Source of the DNA: Eledone cirrhosa
Taxonomy: Eukaryota
DNA: 64,000 nt
Direction: 5' to 3'
NCBI GenBank assembly: GCA_964016885.1
Contig: OZ024740.1
Coordinates: 193,254,001-193,318,000 of the forward strand
Shown here piece after piece: positions 1 through 15,019 of the stretch. Position numbers and translations under genes: made by a program. The first letter of the stretch is position 1. Every line of letters starts with the position of its first letter. The notes under the pieces were generated by a model. The model was not told the origin of the DNA. It made no database searches and was given only the letters and a program-made list of their open reading frames with translations.

Positions 1-149
1 TCTTAAATTAGAAAACATGTGTGTGTGTCACTGTTTTTAAGTTAGTCATATAAATGTATGTATCCCTTTCCTTCCTTTTACACATACACGCATTCACACA
101 AACACATTGTGTGATGGACGGGTAGACAAAAGTCCCTCAATGTATATAC

Positions 150-771
150 ATGTGAATGGAGTTCTACTGAAGCAGTTAGAGGAATTCAAGTATATTGGAG
201 CCGTCTTCATGAGTGATGGAATGCAGGATGTTGAATTAAGTGCAAGAATTGCAAAGGCTGATGCAGTAATGCGCCAGCCTTAGTATTCAGCAATCAGAAG
301 AAAGGGGTAGGCGTAAAAGCCAAACTCGTTTTCTTCCTGGTATTCCTGCCAACTCTTACCGAGGATCATGAATCTTGAGTAATGGCCAAAAGAATACAAT
401 TGCAAATAAAAACGGCAGAAATGGAATTCCTCGAAGGGTCTTTGGAGTAAGGTTACTCGATAAAGTGCATAGCTCAGAGACAAGAGAGTCACTCCTGGTA
501 GAGCCGCTACTTCTCCGAATTAAGGGATCACAACTCCGATATTATGAGCATGGAGTTAGAATGTCTCAGTAAAGAATCGCTGGACACATTTTACAGGCAA
601 AACCAACTGGCAAGAGACCCAGATGTAGACCCTGAGCAAAATAGTTGCATAACATCCATGAGCTGAATCAGTTAGAGATGTTTGCTACTGACAGACTCGC
701 TGGAAGGAGTGTTTGAGAAGGACTCTGCTAACCCACGACCTTCTCAGAATTAAGTGGGTGAAGAAGAAGAT
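150..771 (+). mobile_element. RTE-clade LINE, decayed 3' fragment
   Basis: Manual translation gives VNGVLLKQLEEFKYIGAVFMSDGMQDVELSARIAKADAVMRQ, then ESLLVEPLLLRIKGSQLRYYEHGVRM and KPTGKRPRCRP, typical of the C-terminus of RTE/Expander-type ORFs. Stops and frameshifts are present; it ends in a short (GAA)n tail. Confidence 0.85.
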
Positions 772-851
772 ATTGTCAATTTACTTTTCAATTTACATAT
801 ATCTATATGCACATATATTTGCGTATAATACCAATAAGCACACTATATATG

Positions 852-888
852 CTAGCAGAAAACCGCTCGTGGGCGGTTTTTCTGCTAG
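852..888. repeat. Short palindrome built from two Helitron-like CTAG ends
   Basis: CTAGCAGAAAACCGC-TCGTGG-GCGGTTTTTCTGCTAG; the arms resemble the CTAGCAGAA terminus at 36331. Confidence 0.5.
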
Positions 889-2406
889 TATCATTAATAT
901 TCGGTTCGTTTGCAAGCATAACAACATGTGTGTTTTCCAGATGACTGACCTCGTCATTTTGCACCAGCAGTAGCAGAAAAACATAGTCGATAATTTTTCG
1001 GAATTATTGGCCCTTATCAAGACTATATATTCTCTCGCCACTGCTACACGCTGAAGCTGCAGAGAATACATAGTATTCTCAAAGGTATACATCAGCTGAT
1101 TACCATAATTTGCGTACCATGTGTATTTATTTGTGCGTGTGCATGTGTGCGTGAGCGTCTGAAACGTAGAACATTATTATAATAGAAGTCGATAACTATA
1201 AATAACATCTGAAAGAAAATAGTGTAAAATGCTCTTCCAGACGAGGAAGTGGTGACAGATATGCCTCCGATTAATCTAGCATAAACTCACTCGACATCGT
1301 GCAAATTCGTAAGCCCGTAGGGAAAGTGGCATTGACACTTTTTTGCATTACTTTTAGAATGTTAGAAGACATGTTGTTAGCAATGTAAACACACATTAAG
1401 GTTAAAGTAGGGTTGGGTGATTTTAATATTTGAAATTATGAGCGTTATAAACGCAGCACAGCATACTGTTCTTTGAATTATTATAATATTGTTTGTATAA
1501 AATATTTTGTAATGTATGCAAAAGTGTTTTGGCTAATATTCTTATCATTATAATTAATATTATTATGAAATTGGTTGTTCTTTAGGTTATTAAACAATCA
1601 ATGGAGTGAATACGTCTGTATTCTATTTTCTACCAGTGAAATCAAGTAGTTTTCGAGACAATAATTTTAATTAGCGCATTCTATCCTCAGTTGTTTGAAT
1701 AGTAATTATGAAAATTAGCTTCAGAGGCTATGAATTTAATGGTGTCTCAGATATGAATTCGTTTGTTATCATCTTAAGCATGGATGGTATAACACTTTAA
1801 ACATAGTGTTTGTATTCTATTAACGTTCTCTAGTTACCAATAGAATTGCATTACAGAAATATTAATTAATAGATTTTATGAGCGACAAAGGTGACCGAAC
1901 AGAAGATTGCCGGAGTAATTCAATTACATTTGTTAATTCAGTCCTTCTCGCTTTTTAAAGTTTTAATTCGAACAAGATTAACTTTAACTGCCAATTTTCT
2001 TGAGGTCATTTAAAGAATACCCGAACGATATTGGTAAATAAAAAGCTCAGCTCATACTTATATTCTAAATCTGACTCTGTGAATAAGCACAAAACTTGTA
2101 TCCATTATTATTCATGTTGTTGCTGTTACTGCTATATAGTCCTTGTAACTGGCAGAAATATATGAGAAAAAATTGATAGCTCCATTATGTATTCATACAT
2201 ATTATCTCAAAAGGTTATATTCTGTAATGTTACTCACTTTTTTAAACAGTAGTCTGTAACCTCATGGCAAATCGACTACTGCTTCCAATACGTTGAGGGA
2301 CTTCCTAGATAGTCTCTCGTTGGCTATGTATATGTAAATGATTAACGTGGTATCGTAGAAATCATATTCATGTAACGTATTATTAAGTGACGTAGTATTT
2401 GATTTC

Positions 2407-2597
2407 GCGGTGGATTGGCAGTATCGGTAGAGGGTCGGACGCCATGCTTTGCAGCAAAGAGTTACGGCTCTCTGTGGTCTGAGTTCAAATCCCGCCGAGG
2501 TTAACTTTGCTTTCATCGTTACGGGGTCGATACAATAAAGTACCAGTAATACTCTGGGATAATTGCTGACCCTGTGCCAAAAGTAGAAATAATTATT
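2407..2597 (+). mobile_element. tRNA-derived SINE (family A)
   Basis: A-box-like TGGCAGTATCGG, B-box GAGTTCAAATCC, conserved centre CTTTGCTTTCATC..GGGGTCGATA..AAAGTACCAG, tail GCCAAAAGTAGAAATAATTATT; repeated many times in the window. Confidence 0.85.
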
Positions 2598-3007
2598 TGA
2601 TTTCGTTTAGCTACCTTCACAGAAAATAATAATTAACTACTAATATATGTTTAAATATTTAAAATGTGCCTGCTGCAAGTAATAAGTTTTATCTCTGGGC
2701 ACGGTACATTGTTTTATGTGTTTTAGATTACTAAACTGCTGCGAGGAAACTTCAATGATTGTAAACAAGTTGAATTAATAATTCGTTACCAATCCAATTA
2801 TAATTGTGACACAATAGTAGATTAATTATGTTTCATGTTAAAATGTTGTCGGTTACAACAAGAATAACAATATATGAGAAGATAATGGCAATGCTATGAT
2901 CATTTATAACAGACGGCTTTGTTACAGCTATTTCTGTATGTGAGTTTCTTACACTAATATGAAATATATATACACTCGATGCCCCAAATTGATAATTTAT
3001 TTACTTA

Positions 3008-3195
3008 TAATTGTTTCTACTTTTGGCACAAGGCCAGGAATTATCCCAGTGTATTACTGGTACTATATATTATCGACCCTGTAAGGATGAAAGGCAAAGT
3101 TAACTTCTACGAGATTTGAACTCAGATCGTAAAGGCCCGTAACTCCATGCTGTAAAGCATGGCGTCCGACCCTCTAACGATACTGCCATTTGGCC
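3008..3195 (-). mobile_element. tRNA-derived SINE (family A)
   Basis: Reverse complement of the 2407 element. Confidence 0.85.
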
Positions 3196-3401
3196 TTCTA
3201 TATATCTCTCCTTGACACATTCGGACATGATACACCCTTACTCCGTGAAATGATGCAGCTGTTAATGAGCTGATGAAGTAATTTTTACATATGTCATTCA
3301 ACTTAATTCTCCACGCTAACACATTTCTCGTCACAAGCTTCACGTACCCATTTAATTCCCCCTTTTCTTTATCCACTCTAATTATATCCCTCTCCCTCCC
3401 T

Positions 3402-3408
<7 letters not shown>

Positions 3409-3457
<49 letters not shown>

Positions 3458-3468
3458 TCTTCTTCTTC
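3409..3468. repeat. (CT)n/(CTT)n microsatellite
   Basis: Directly visible. Confidence 0.95.
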
Positions 3469-5421
3469 TGTGACCTCTCTTCCATTTATATGAGTGTGTT
3501 TGGTTCACCCGATTTTCTATGCTATGATCATTTATAGCATCTCACTGTTTTACAGCTATTTCTACATTTTTGAAATTCTTAAACATCTATGGTATATATA
3601 TACCATGAATATATACCATGAATATATACCCTATTATATGCTAACAAATAGAATTCTGTTTTGAGTTCAGTATATTCTAGAGATGTTTATCCTAATACTA
3701 GACTGACAATATCTTACTTATTGAAATATTTATATGACGTACTTTGACTCATGCATCTAATTGTTTAAAGACGACACCACATGAAAGTATCTGACCTTCT
3801 TAAATAAAACTGAAAATGTCATATTATACTTCGTTTGATTCAGATACTGTAACTAAAGTAAGATGAACGTCCCACTCACGTTACGCTTGATTGAAATTAA
3901 CTTTCTCTGTAATTCATGTTGACGAAACAAAAGTAACTACTTCCCACTATTTTAGAATTTATTTTACAATCCTGCTTTAGAAAACGTTTTCGTGAAAATA
4001 GCGAATTGTTAAAAAAACTTTCTATGAATCTTTCTTAAATCCTGTTGTCTTCTTTTTATATTATATCTTTATTACGATTTATCTCCTATTTATTTTACTT
4101 GCTTCTTACATCCACAACATTTTTTTTATATTTCCAGCAAGTATCAACAGTATGATTGAATGACCCGAAAATATTTTACTTGTTTTCAGATTGTACAATT
4201 GGATTAATAAGAACAATGCTATTAATAAAATGCTAAATTCTTAAGGTCATTGAATTTGTAGCCATTCATAAAATTTTCTTTTTAAAACTCTGCAAAGATA
4301 TAATTGAATCGTAAGGAAATTATGTGGCCATTAATGGCAGATGTGTTTATTAAATTCTAAATAGATGAATACAATTTTATTTGTTAATTTTGTAGTCATA
4401 TTTTCCACATAATCAGAAATGTTGGTGTTTTACATCGTTTTGGATAGAATGAATTAAGGAATAGATGAATCTAAGTGTTACTGCACGTGGATAGCAATGA
4501 TTCTGATGACATGAATACGTTTGAAAACTTGCAAATATTTATGAACGCAGACCTATGGTTATCTATAGAGTTTCCAAGCAACACAATTATACTAAACTTT
4601 ATAACTTAGGAACGCATTTAAAACAAATTATATATTGACGTGAAACGTTTGCATATGCCGGAAAAACGAAATATATTACTTGCTCTATTATGACATTAAA
4701 TGAGGATGAATTATAATACAATGAGTATTTTAAAAATCAATAAAACCTTTTGTATTTTAACAATACTAAAATACTTCACGACATACGAATAACTATTTCA
4801 AATATCATCTAACAACTGTGATGATAGAAAATATTTTGTTTTAATTGTGGTAAAACTGAAGAGAAACATCGAAACCTTAACACCTTCAGAATAGTTATTA
4901 AAACGTTCTAATAAAATGGTTGGTGTTAACATCTTTCAGTTCGGGTTAAGCAGGCTTATTGTCTAATACATTCCTGGTGTTTACGGGTTTCAACAAGAAA
5001 TCTTTAATATAAATCTGTTGATTTCTTTTATGATGGTAATTTCTTTCAAATGACTTTGAATTGTTTAATGTTAGGTTATTACAGATCATTTTGAAACTAA
5101 TGTTAACGAGCAAAGTAATCATCAGATATTTCGGCTCGTCTTAATTCACCGTGTTTGAATAAGAGCACTGACGTTCTATCCGTAAATGACGTGATGTTGC
5201 TATCATCTGTAAACAGCATCACCTTTGCACATGCTTCAACTCGGAGAAAACGTATTGAATATATATTTATATTCCAACAATATATATGACGTACTATAGT
5301 TTTCTATTATCTTATCATTTGAAACTTTACAACCCTAATTATACGATAGTTGGAAATGATTTCTTATTTATGATTTCATATTTATGATAATAATGATTTA
5401 GACAAAAAGATATGTTCGATA

Positions 5422-5512
5422 AGAGAGAGAGCCAGAGAGAGAGAGAGATAGAGAGAGGGAGTATAAGAGAGAACGAAAACACGAGAGAGAGCATAAGAGA
5501 TAAAGAGAAAAT

Positions 5513-5544
<32 letters not shown>

Positions 5545-5598
5545 GAGAGAGATAGAGAGAGGGAGAGAGAGAGAATAAGAGAGAGTCAGAGAGAGATA
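5422..5598. repeat. Interrupted (GA)n microsatellite
   Basis: Directly visible. Confidence 0.9.
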
Positions 5599-5959
5599 CA
5601 TACATAGATACTTATATATTATTTTTTGAATAAGAATCTGTTACATATAATTGCATATTGGTTGCGTACGTATATGTACGGTTACGTAATGCGATGAATC
5701 TTTTTTACTCATTTTATCTAAGACTATTAAAGAAGAGGCGTATATATCACGGAAGTATGTGATGATGTTATTTGATAAAATATAACTATCTTTGCATACC
5801 ACACATTCTGTACATTGCTGTGAAATAGTTTTCCTTGATAATCAGTTGATCTCATAACGATTATTAGCGTTGTTATTCATTATGTGTCATTATGTGATTT
5901 ATATTAAAATACATTATACACGTATATAATCACTCACGCAGGGATATACCTACGCAAAT

Positions 5960-6032
5960 ACATACACACACACGCACGCACGCACACACACACAGACACA
6001 CACACAGACACACATACACACACACACACACA

Positions 6033-6118
<86 letters not shown>

Positions 6119-6133
6119 AATATATATATATAT
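5960..6133. repeat. (CA)n then (TA)n compound microsatellite
   Basis: Directly visible. Confidence 0.95.
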
Positions 6134-6745
6134 TTTTAAATGTATGTATGTATTGATTAGCAGCTGCACGAACATGGTCTGTTTCAGAATAAAGCCAATA
6201 TGGAAGTATATATATGTTTATGTATAATAAACATAAGAATCTCCATATTGTGATTGTTTTAACTTGTGAATTAATCTTATATATATATATATATATATAT
6301 ATACTTGTGTGTGTGTGTGTGTGTTTGTGTTTGTGTATGTGTGTGTCTTTGTGTGTATGTGTGTGTATGCGTGTGTATGCGCGCGCGTGTGTGTGTGTGT
6401 TTATATGTATGTATGTTAGCAGACGTGGTTTTCTCAGACTCAGAAAATAACTATAAAAACAGTCAGATGCTATAAAATAGCTTACAAAATAGGGTAGATA
6501 TTCCTAGAGAAGGAAAAACATGTAATTAGTTACCCCTACGAGGGATAGAACCTCACAGATACCAGCAGACTGTCCTAGCCGTTGAGGGAGGGGATTTCTG
6601 CCAACATCTTGCCATCTAAATTTAAGAGCTGAAACAAATACCTTTTGAAAATGTAAATAAGCATCGTATGGGAAGTTCAAACTTACGAGGAGTTGATCCA
6701 ATAACGTTTATAGAATATGTAGCATGGTCAATCACAGAAAATAAC

Positions 6746-6934
6746 TGTTTCTACTTTTGGCACAAGGCCAGCAATTACCCAGTGCATTACTGGTACTTCA
6801 TTTTATCGACCCCGTAAGGATGAAAGGCAAAGTTAACCTCGGCGGGATTTGAACTCAGAATGGCAAGGACCGTAACTCTATGCGTCAAAGCATGGCGTCC
6901 GACCCTCTACCGATACTGCCAATCCACCGCCCTT
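6746..6934 (-). mobile_element. tRNA-derived SINE (family A), young copy with 14-bp TSD
   Basis: Full-length reverse copy flanked by the direct repeat TCACAGAAAATAAC at 6732-6745 and 6935-6948. Confidence 0.92.
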
Positions 6935-7162
6935 TCACAGAAAATAACGAAATACAGTCAGATGCTCGCTCATAAGGAGCTTATTTAATCAGCTCTGAAT
7001 ACTTTCTTTCTATATCGACCGTGTTTCATGAAATACACACTCTTTCAAATATAAAGAGTATATTTATATATTGAATGATATAGCTAGAATAAAATTCAAC
7101 AGACAACTGATTAATATATAATCATTAATAATTATTACCTCCAAGGGAGTCAGAAACATGGC

Positions 7163-7541
<379 letters not shown>

Positions 7542-7711
7542 CACCTAACTCCTACGGACGTTGTACGCTCGCCGTATTGACATACTATTTATCCTGATGG
7601 GGCCCATCTCCACTCCAGGTCTACATACAACAGCTTTCTTCCAGAGAAGGATAGAGAATTAGAGAATGGACGTGAGGAGGAGATATGGGGGAAGAATCGA
7701 CCACAATATTA

Positions 7712-7850
7712 GGCGGGTAGTTTTTTTTATGAACCTCGACTGGATGAAAAGTAAAGTTGGCCTTAACGGGATTTGAACTCGGAGAGCAGACAGTCAAAAC
7801 AAAAAACTTTAGAGCATTTTATCTGAAGTTCTAACGACTCATTACATTAC
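7712..7850 (-). mobile_element. Degenerate SINE family A fragment
   Basis: GGATGAAAAGTAAAGTTGGCCTTAACGGGATTTGAACTC matches the reverse-strand SINE centre and B box. Confidence 0.6.
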
Positions 7851-8163
7851 CTCTTTTTAAATAATACGATATTTCGTTTCACAATTATCTGCGGCATGTG
7901 TATATGATATCCATTTTCCTATTCGCGTATTTTTACTACACACACAAAAAATAGTTTACTGTTAGGACCAAATATAAGTGGATTACTTTGTAGTATCCAC
8001 ATCTTACGTTCTCCAGAGATATGCATAAAGATATAACAGAACACACTCAGGTGCGCACATGCACCTGATACAGACATACGCAAATATTTGCTGGAAACAA
8101 TTACGCCAGGCTTTCATTTCTAGTCTGTTTATTTGTATCGCTATTGTACATACGCATATATAG

Positions 8164-8388
8164 CGCGGTAGATTGGCAGTATCGGTAGAGGGTCGGACGC
8201 CTTGCTTTGTAGCATACAGTTACGGCCCCTTATGTTCTGTGTTCAAATCCCGCCGAGGCGAGGTTAACTTTGCCTTTCATCCTTATGGGCTCGATAAAAT
8301 AAAGTACCAATGACCCACTGGGATCGATTTAATCTATAGCTAGCCCCCCCCCCAAAAAAATTACTCGCCTTCTATACTAGAAACCATT
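8164..8388 (+). mobile_element. tRNA-derived SINE (family A, long-tail variant)
   Basis: Same head and centre; tail CTGGGATCGATTTAATC..CCCCC..TAGAAACCATTA as at 17100-17200 and 50166-50388. Confidence 0.85.
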
Positions 8389-8410
8389 ACATATATATAT
8401 ATATATATAT

Positions 8411-8601
8411 ATAACGAAGGAGTTGTGGTAAGGAACCAGATGGACCGTAACGCACCAGAATACTCAATAGTTAGGGTAGTAGAGTGGGTAATAGGAAAAT
8501 GTATGACCCCGACGGCAGAGCTGAAGCCGTTTCGACGGCTATTTCCGGGCTGAAATAGCTGTCGAAACGGCTTGAGCCCTGCCGTCGGCGTCATATATTT
8601 T

Positions 8602-8606
<5 letters not shown>
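8411..8606. mobile_element. Fold-back mini-insertion of a PLE 3' terminus in (TA)n
   Basis: Inverted arms 8491-8545 and 8552-8606 plus an 80-bp one-sided extension 8411-8490; same sequence as the ends at 30880-30940, 41911-41980, 42837-42987 and 43484-43690. Confidence 0.85.
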
Positions 8607-8639
<33 letters not shown>

Positions 8640-9650
8640 CCTATATATATATTTAAAGTCGAACTATATGATGAAGTTATATTTGTATATACACAGAGAA
8701 CGGGACTGCATCATTGTGTTTATAAATGGGCGCATTGATTGTGTAGACGTAAATATGCCTGTACATTTAAGAAACGATAAATATCATTAACCAATTTACA
8801 AGGTTAGTTAGGCTTTCATCAGAAGGAATTATACCGTATTAGCAACCATTATGAAATACGCATTCATTGTGCTTATATACTCTATTACATATAGTCATAT
8901 CCTGAAATTTGAATATTATCAACACTCATATTGGTTCTTATTAAGTTGTATTTTAAGGTATGGGCTTATCACCAGAAAATTACAAATTTATACCAGTACA
9001 TCAATGATTCTGAACGTGGAGTGCACACTGAATGAGCGGGTAAATCATGTTAATGAGAACTTCATGTTTAACTTTATTACTGTTACACCAAAGCAACTGT
9101 CGTCCACAATTAGTCAGAAAGTCCTGTCCCACCTTCTCCACACATGTTATTGTACATCTGGCACCACCAACCCCAAGACAACTGTGAAAATCATTACTGT
9201 GGAAATCACCTGTCTCACATCCCCCATATGTTATTGCGAATCAGGTAGCATCTAGAACTTGCAGTTGATCATTGCTGTTTCCATATAAATGGGGCGGGGG
9301 CAACAACAACATTTTAAAATGTTGAGCTGAGGCATGGTGCACGAAAGGTTAGGAACCACTGCTGTACATACATAGAAAACCGACACTACGTTTGTATATA
9401 AGTTTACATGTTGAGTGTGTAGACATGTAAACATGCTAAATATATAGTTGGATTTTCCTCGGAAGTCATGTATATAATTTAAACAGTTACAATACCTAAT
9501 CGAGGTATTTACTTATCACTCATTGTCATATTCCTGGATACGACTATCAGCGAGAGTATCATATAGCCTGATATATATATTATATAACGTAGAATCAAGA
9601 GCTAAATATGGAGAAAAGAATAGACATCAATCTCCTGATATTCCGATATT

Positions 9651-9833
9651 CGGTGAATTGGCAGTATCGGTAGAGGGTCGGACACCATGCTTTCCAGTTA
9701 CGTCCCTTCATGGTCTGAGTTCAAATCCCGTCGAGGTTAACTTTGCCTTTCATCCTTACCAGGTCGATAAAATAAAGTACCAGTAATGAATTGGATATGT
9801 GCTGCCCTTGCGCCAAAAGTAGAAAAAATTATT
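9651..9833 (+). mobile_element. tRNA-derived SINE (family A)
   Basis: Matches the 2407 element. Confidence 0.85.
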
Positions 9834-10740
9834 CTTACATTACGATATCATGGCCCTTTAGGCAAATTCAAATCCAATGTATTACGTTTGAATGAGTTTG
9901 TGGATAATGTTGGTCTAGTCTCCACCTGCTTGTTAACGTTCATAGTTATATAATGTATATGTATTATAGCAATGATTTTGACAGATGCTTTATTCGTAAG
10001 CCGACACCAAAAGCGACTTCCCTGGCGATTTCTTACGAATGAAACATTTCTAGTCATGTAGTGGTCATTTCGATAATAAAATAAATATGCTTATACTCTA
10101 CTAGCGTATTGAGTGGTCACTTCCCGATAATCTAGGAATACACACACACACACACATATATGCGTGCGTGTATGTACGCATTTATGTGTGTGGTGTGTAT
10201 GTGTGTGTCGGTGTCTGTGTTTGTATGCGTGTGTGTGTGTGTGTGTGTTCGGATGTATGTGTGCGTGTGGCAGAGTGTATGTTAACGAAGTGCAATAAAT
10301 GTAGTTTGAAAACAAAATCCCACTTTACGGGTGCTAATATTCATGCAGCTGGTATCAGGTTGTAGATGTTGTAGCTTGAAGAATGTTCAAATAGAGGGAA
10401 GCGGCATCCTAATTTTTATTTATTGTAAAGCATGTTTCGTTCTTCGTGCCTAAGGCAATCGTCTCTAAGCATAAACAGGTGTTATCATTTTTCGAAGAAT
10501 TCACATAGCCCCATGGAAACTTTAGGGTATGCAGTCTCTGGAGGATAATGCCGTAATACTAATATTCATTGAAATAGGTTACAGTTGTACCCGCATGCAT
10601 AAGGGAACATAAGATTTTAAATAAAGCAGTGGAAGGCTATAGAATGTTAAACAAAAATATCAGGAGACTTGAAATCCTGGAATTAAATAATGAAACACTA
10701 CGTCAGCCTATTTGACATTCGTTAAATTTTGTTGTTGCCC

Positions 10741-10875
<135 letters not shown>

Positions 10876-11453
10876 GATTTATGCTTCTCTGTATGTCATT
10901 CTGGTTTATAAATTATCACATCAAAATTCTGTACTCAATGATATCAATCTTATCCTCTTTGGCATGTATTTGTTTGTTCTGGCTATCTAGTTACTTTAGG
11001 CAAAAGAATCCTATTTGTATTGTATTGTTGTCTTGTTTACTTTCATATTTTAGAAAGAGCGCATCATTTGACGCCGTGATAGTAACTTTGATTACTGAAA
11101 TCAATGGAAGTCTCAGCTAATATGTGGGAATTTCCATTCGTACATGTGTTTCATGTAGCCGGTGTATTTCTTTCGCTCACCTGTATTAATGTTATATATA
11201 TATATAAATATAAAAGAGGGTAAATAAGAGATAGAGAGAGGGAGGAGCGAGAAAGACAGATTGAGAAGAAGGTCAGTAAGGAGCAAAAAAAATGATAATA
11301 CGAGGCATTTGTAAAATAGAGAAAATATTCTGAAATTTGGTAATATTTGTTCTCCAGCAAAATAGGGTATTTTGGAGGAATACCAAATAATGTTGCCTTA
11401 TATTCTGTGCTTGAATATTGATTGTGAGATACTCCTCAGGTAATATATATATA

Positions 11454-11561
11454 TATCACATAAGAAACGTTACTTATATGATATTATACTCTGCTCTGTA
11501 AGAGCATCAAGTGCTCAAACGGACTACCGCATACGGACGCTTTAAGCATCCCACACCAATT
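11454..11561. mobile_element. Minimal fold-back copy of the 46959-47340 element
   Basis: ATATCACATAAG..CTTATATGATAT hairpin followed by TATACTCTGCTCTGTAAGAGCATC..AAGCATCCCACACCAAT, matching 47250-47340; flanked by (TA)n. Confidence 0.75.
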
Positions 11562-11584
11562 ATATATATATATATATATATATA

Positions 11585-11634
<50 letters not shown>

Positions 11635-11665
11635 AGTATATGCACTCACACAAACACACACACGA

Positions 11666-11737
<72 letters not shown>

Positions 11738-11949
11738 ACAAACACACACGTTAACACATATATACATGTATATATATATATATTAAAATAGCCAAATTTG
11801 TATATATGATTATTATGTTCACTATTTCATATAGAATATTCTAATGATAAGTTATATTAGCATTCAATACGTTTAAACTCATGCCGCATATATGCTGTTT
11901 TTTCACAGAAAATTGACTCGAAATAAAATGTCTATGTTAATATATACTA

Positions 11950-12041
<92 letters not shown>

Positions 12042-12411
12042 ATGTGTGTGAGTATGTATGTATGTGTGTGTGTGCGTGTGTGTGTGATGTGTGTGTGTGT
12101 GAGTGTGTGTGTGTCTGTGTGCGTGTGTGTATGTGTGTGTGTCTGAGTATGTGTGTCTGAGTATGTGTGCTTGTGCACGCGTGTGTGTATATGTATTCAT
12201 ATGCTAATGATGGGTAATATATGTATAGCAAAATCACATTTCTATCTCAATTAATGATATCGTGTTATTGGAAGCATCTTTCCTGCAAGTTATTTTGATA
12301 TTAACCTTAATTGACACAACATGAAACATATTGCGATTCAACATGTAATTATTGGTTTCCTTTTAACATTAACATAGCTCGAGGTTGTATAATTCCTGTT
12401 TGATTTTCACT

Positions 12412-12484
<73 letters not shown>

Positions 12485-12553
12485 TTATATATATATATAT
12501 TTATATATATATATATATTTATATATATTCTCTCACACACACGCACAGGCACA

Positions 12554-12614
<61 letters not shown>

Positions 12615-12660
12615 TTATGCACACATATATGTACATACAGATACATATACGTACATATAT
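11561..12660. repeat. Cluster of (TA)n, (CT)n, (GT)n and (CA)n microsatellites with short unique spacers
   Basis: Directly visible; source of the [12 protein letters not shown] pseudo-ORFs. Confidence 0.9.
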
Positions 12661-15019
12661 ACATTTTTTTTCTTTGGATATCAAAGTCAAATACTTTTAT
12701 CCAGATCTACACTGGTGATTCCATAACACTTAACGTAATTACATATTTAGTATTAATCTGCCAATTTTATTTCCCCTTTCATTATATTTGTATTCAAGTT
12801 GTTTATGGTTATTACTAAAATTTATTTTTTTAAACCATTTAGTAAGACATTCTCATATTTAATTAATATGGTAGTATAGAAAAATAATTTATTTATCTCT
12901 TTCATTATATTTAGTAAAATATAAATCCAGACGAATTTTGTGTCAGAGGTAATTACTGCTGTGTCCAATTATGTATACACACGTTTAACTGCTTTAATTC
13001 TGATATAAATTATATTGATACAAGTATGATGATAATGACAATTCTGTTAGTGTTGGATTGTGTCATAGCACATTCAACATTTCCTAATCAAGTTTGAAGA
13101 TTTCGTTGAATAGTTATTAGAAATAGAACCAGCAGCGAGGAACCCATGTCTGTAATATTGGACAAGAGCATAGTATGATTTAAAACACATGAGTAAAATA
13201 GATGATTAATTATGTATCCATTATACACGATGTCTACTACAGTGATACTTTTTTGCTGCTGCCAATATTTGTGTAGCCCCACATCAAGTTGCATAGAATA
13301 GACCTATGAGCACTTGCATTTCAGCAGTGACCATTCCATCGTTTTTATATCGGAGACTATGTTGTAAAATGTAACCTCCTTTCAAGATGCTAAGGTTGTG
13401 ATTTGAAGATTATTTGGCAGATATAACACACAGGTTGTGTACTCTTTTTAAACTCTTGCTCTCATTTATATACCTCAATTTCAGCTGTACCAAATAATTT
13501 CCAATTTCGTGGGGGGATTGAATGAATGACAACCAAATACATTGCTGAATAATATAGTATAGAAGCATCGGTTATCTTGTGAACAGAAATATTGTATATT
13601 TATGGCTAGGATCCCTTTAATTATAAGACTGCTCTCTTAGATTTGACCAAAATCTTCCATTCTGCTAGTTATTGATTTAATGAAATATGATCGGCCAGGC
13701 TTGTAATTAAATGAATGTTAGTCCTTAACTCCTCACCTTTATTTCAGGTAGCGTGCCTCTAGAATGAGAAGAATGTGATCGAATAGAGACATTAGAAGAT
13801 CAGGCACAAGGCCTTGTCGCATTTTACCGCCCCTGCTTCCTGCTTTTCGCCCGTCGGGAATAAATAGTGTCATTGAAATTCCGCTGTCGCTTTTTCTTCG
13901 CCTCACCTCTCTTTCTCGTTCTCTCTTAGATATGATCTTCTGTAAAAACCGCAATGAAGGACCATTCACAGTGTTTTATTTTTTTCGAGAAATTGAGAAC
14001 ATTTGATTAGCAGGTAGCAATCACTTGACATAAGCAAACTGATGTCTTAATGAAATGTAGCAATGAAAATAAAGGACCGATATGAACATTCATTTACTAT
14101 TTCTAGCAAATTGAAAGAACTATAAGATTTTCAATTTCCTATAAAAAATATAAAATTCGTTTGTTTGTGAGCACGTTGTGTTAGTGTATATGCATATATA
14201 TGCCTGCATGTACATATTTATATGTGCATATTTATATCTATACATAGTTGTTACTGTTTTTATTTCAAATGTCTGTTTGTATTTACGTCTACTCTTGATG
14301 GAGATGATATTTATATTCTCTCGTTAATAACAGTTAAAATTCCATGTGTATCTCATTCGTGTTCTACCTTGATAATTATAGTTTCCCTCGTATATGTATG
14401 TGTTATTTGATTTAGACTTAATTATTCTTGAATGGGCAATGATCAATAATGCAAGTTCCTACATATAACACAATTTGGTAGAGACAGGAAGACATGCATA
14501 AGAATGCTTAGGATTAGGAAAATATTTTTATTGAATGAATAATCAATACTTGCCAACCTTAGAATTTTATTTATCAGTTACGTATCTCTGTTTATTCATA
14601 TATGTAATGTATTGAAATGTTTAAGGATGTATCTAGATATATCATTGCTGTCGTATTGACAGCTTGTCACGACTCTACTATTATTGCAACGAAGAAAATA
14701 TTAATGCTATTGTTTTCTTTTTGATAAACGTATGTCTTTCACAAATGTACATTTCGTTACTCTGGGGTAGAAAAGGAAATGCATTGGAGATTTAAAAGAA
14801 TATTCTATATTTCTGCAAAATATTAATTACAACTGAATCAAGAGGATCTTATCTAGAAGGTGGTGTCGTTAGACTGGAAGCAGCCTACGCCCCGACGGGA
14901 GCCGGGCAGTCGCATTTCTTTAGGCGCCAGGAAAGCTTTTTGGTAACGTCTCACCATTTATTGTTAGCAGGGGTATAGACGCACGTTGGGATTGTGTGGG
15001 AGGTTCTCATAGAAGCAGT

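Noticed and set aside
2407-2500. tRNA gene
   Set aside because: A and B boxes belong to a repeated SINE head; no cloverleaf.
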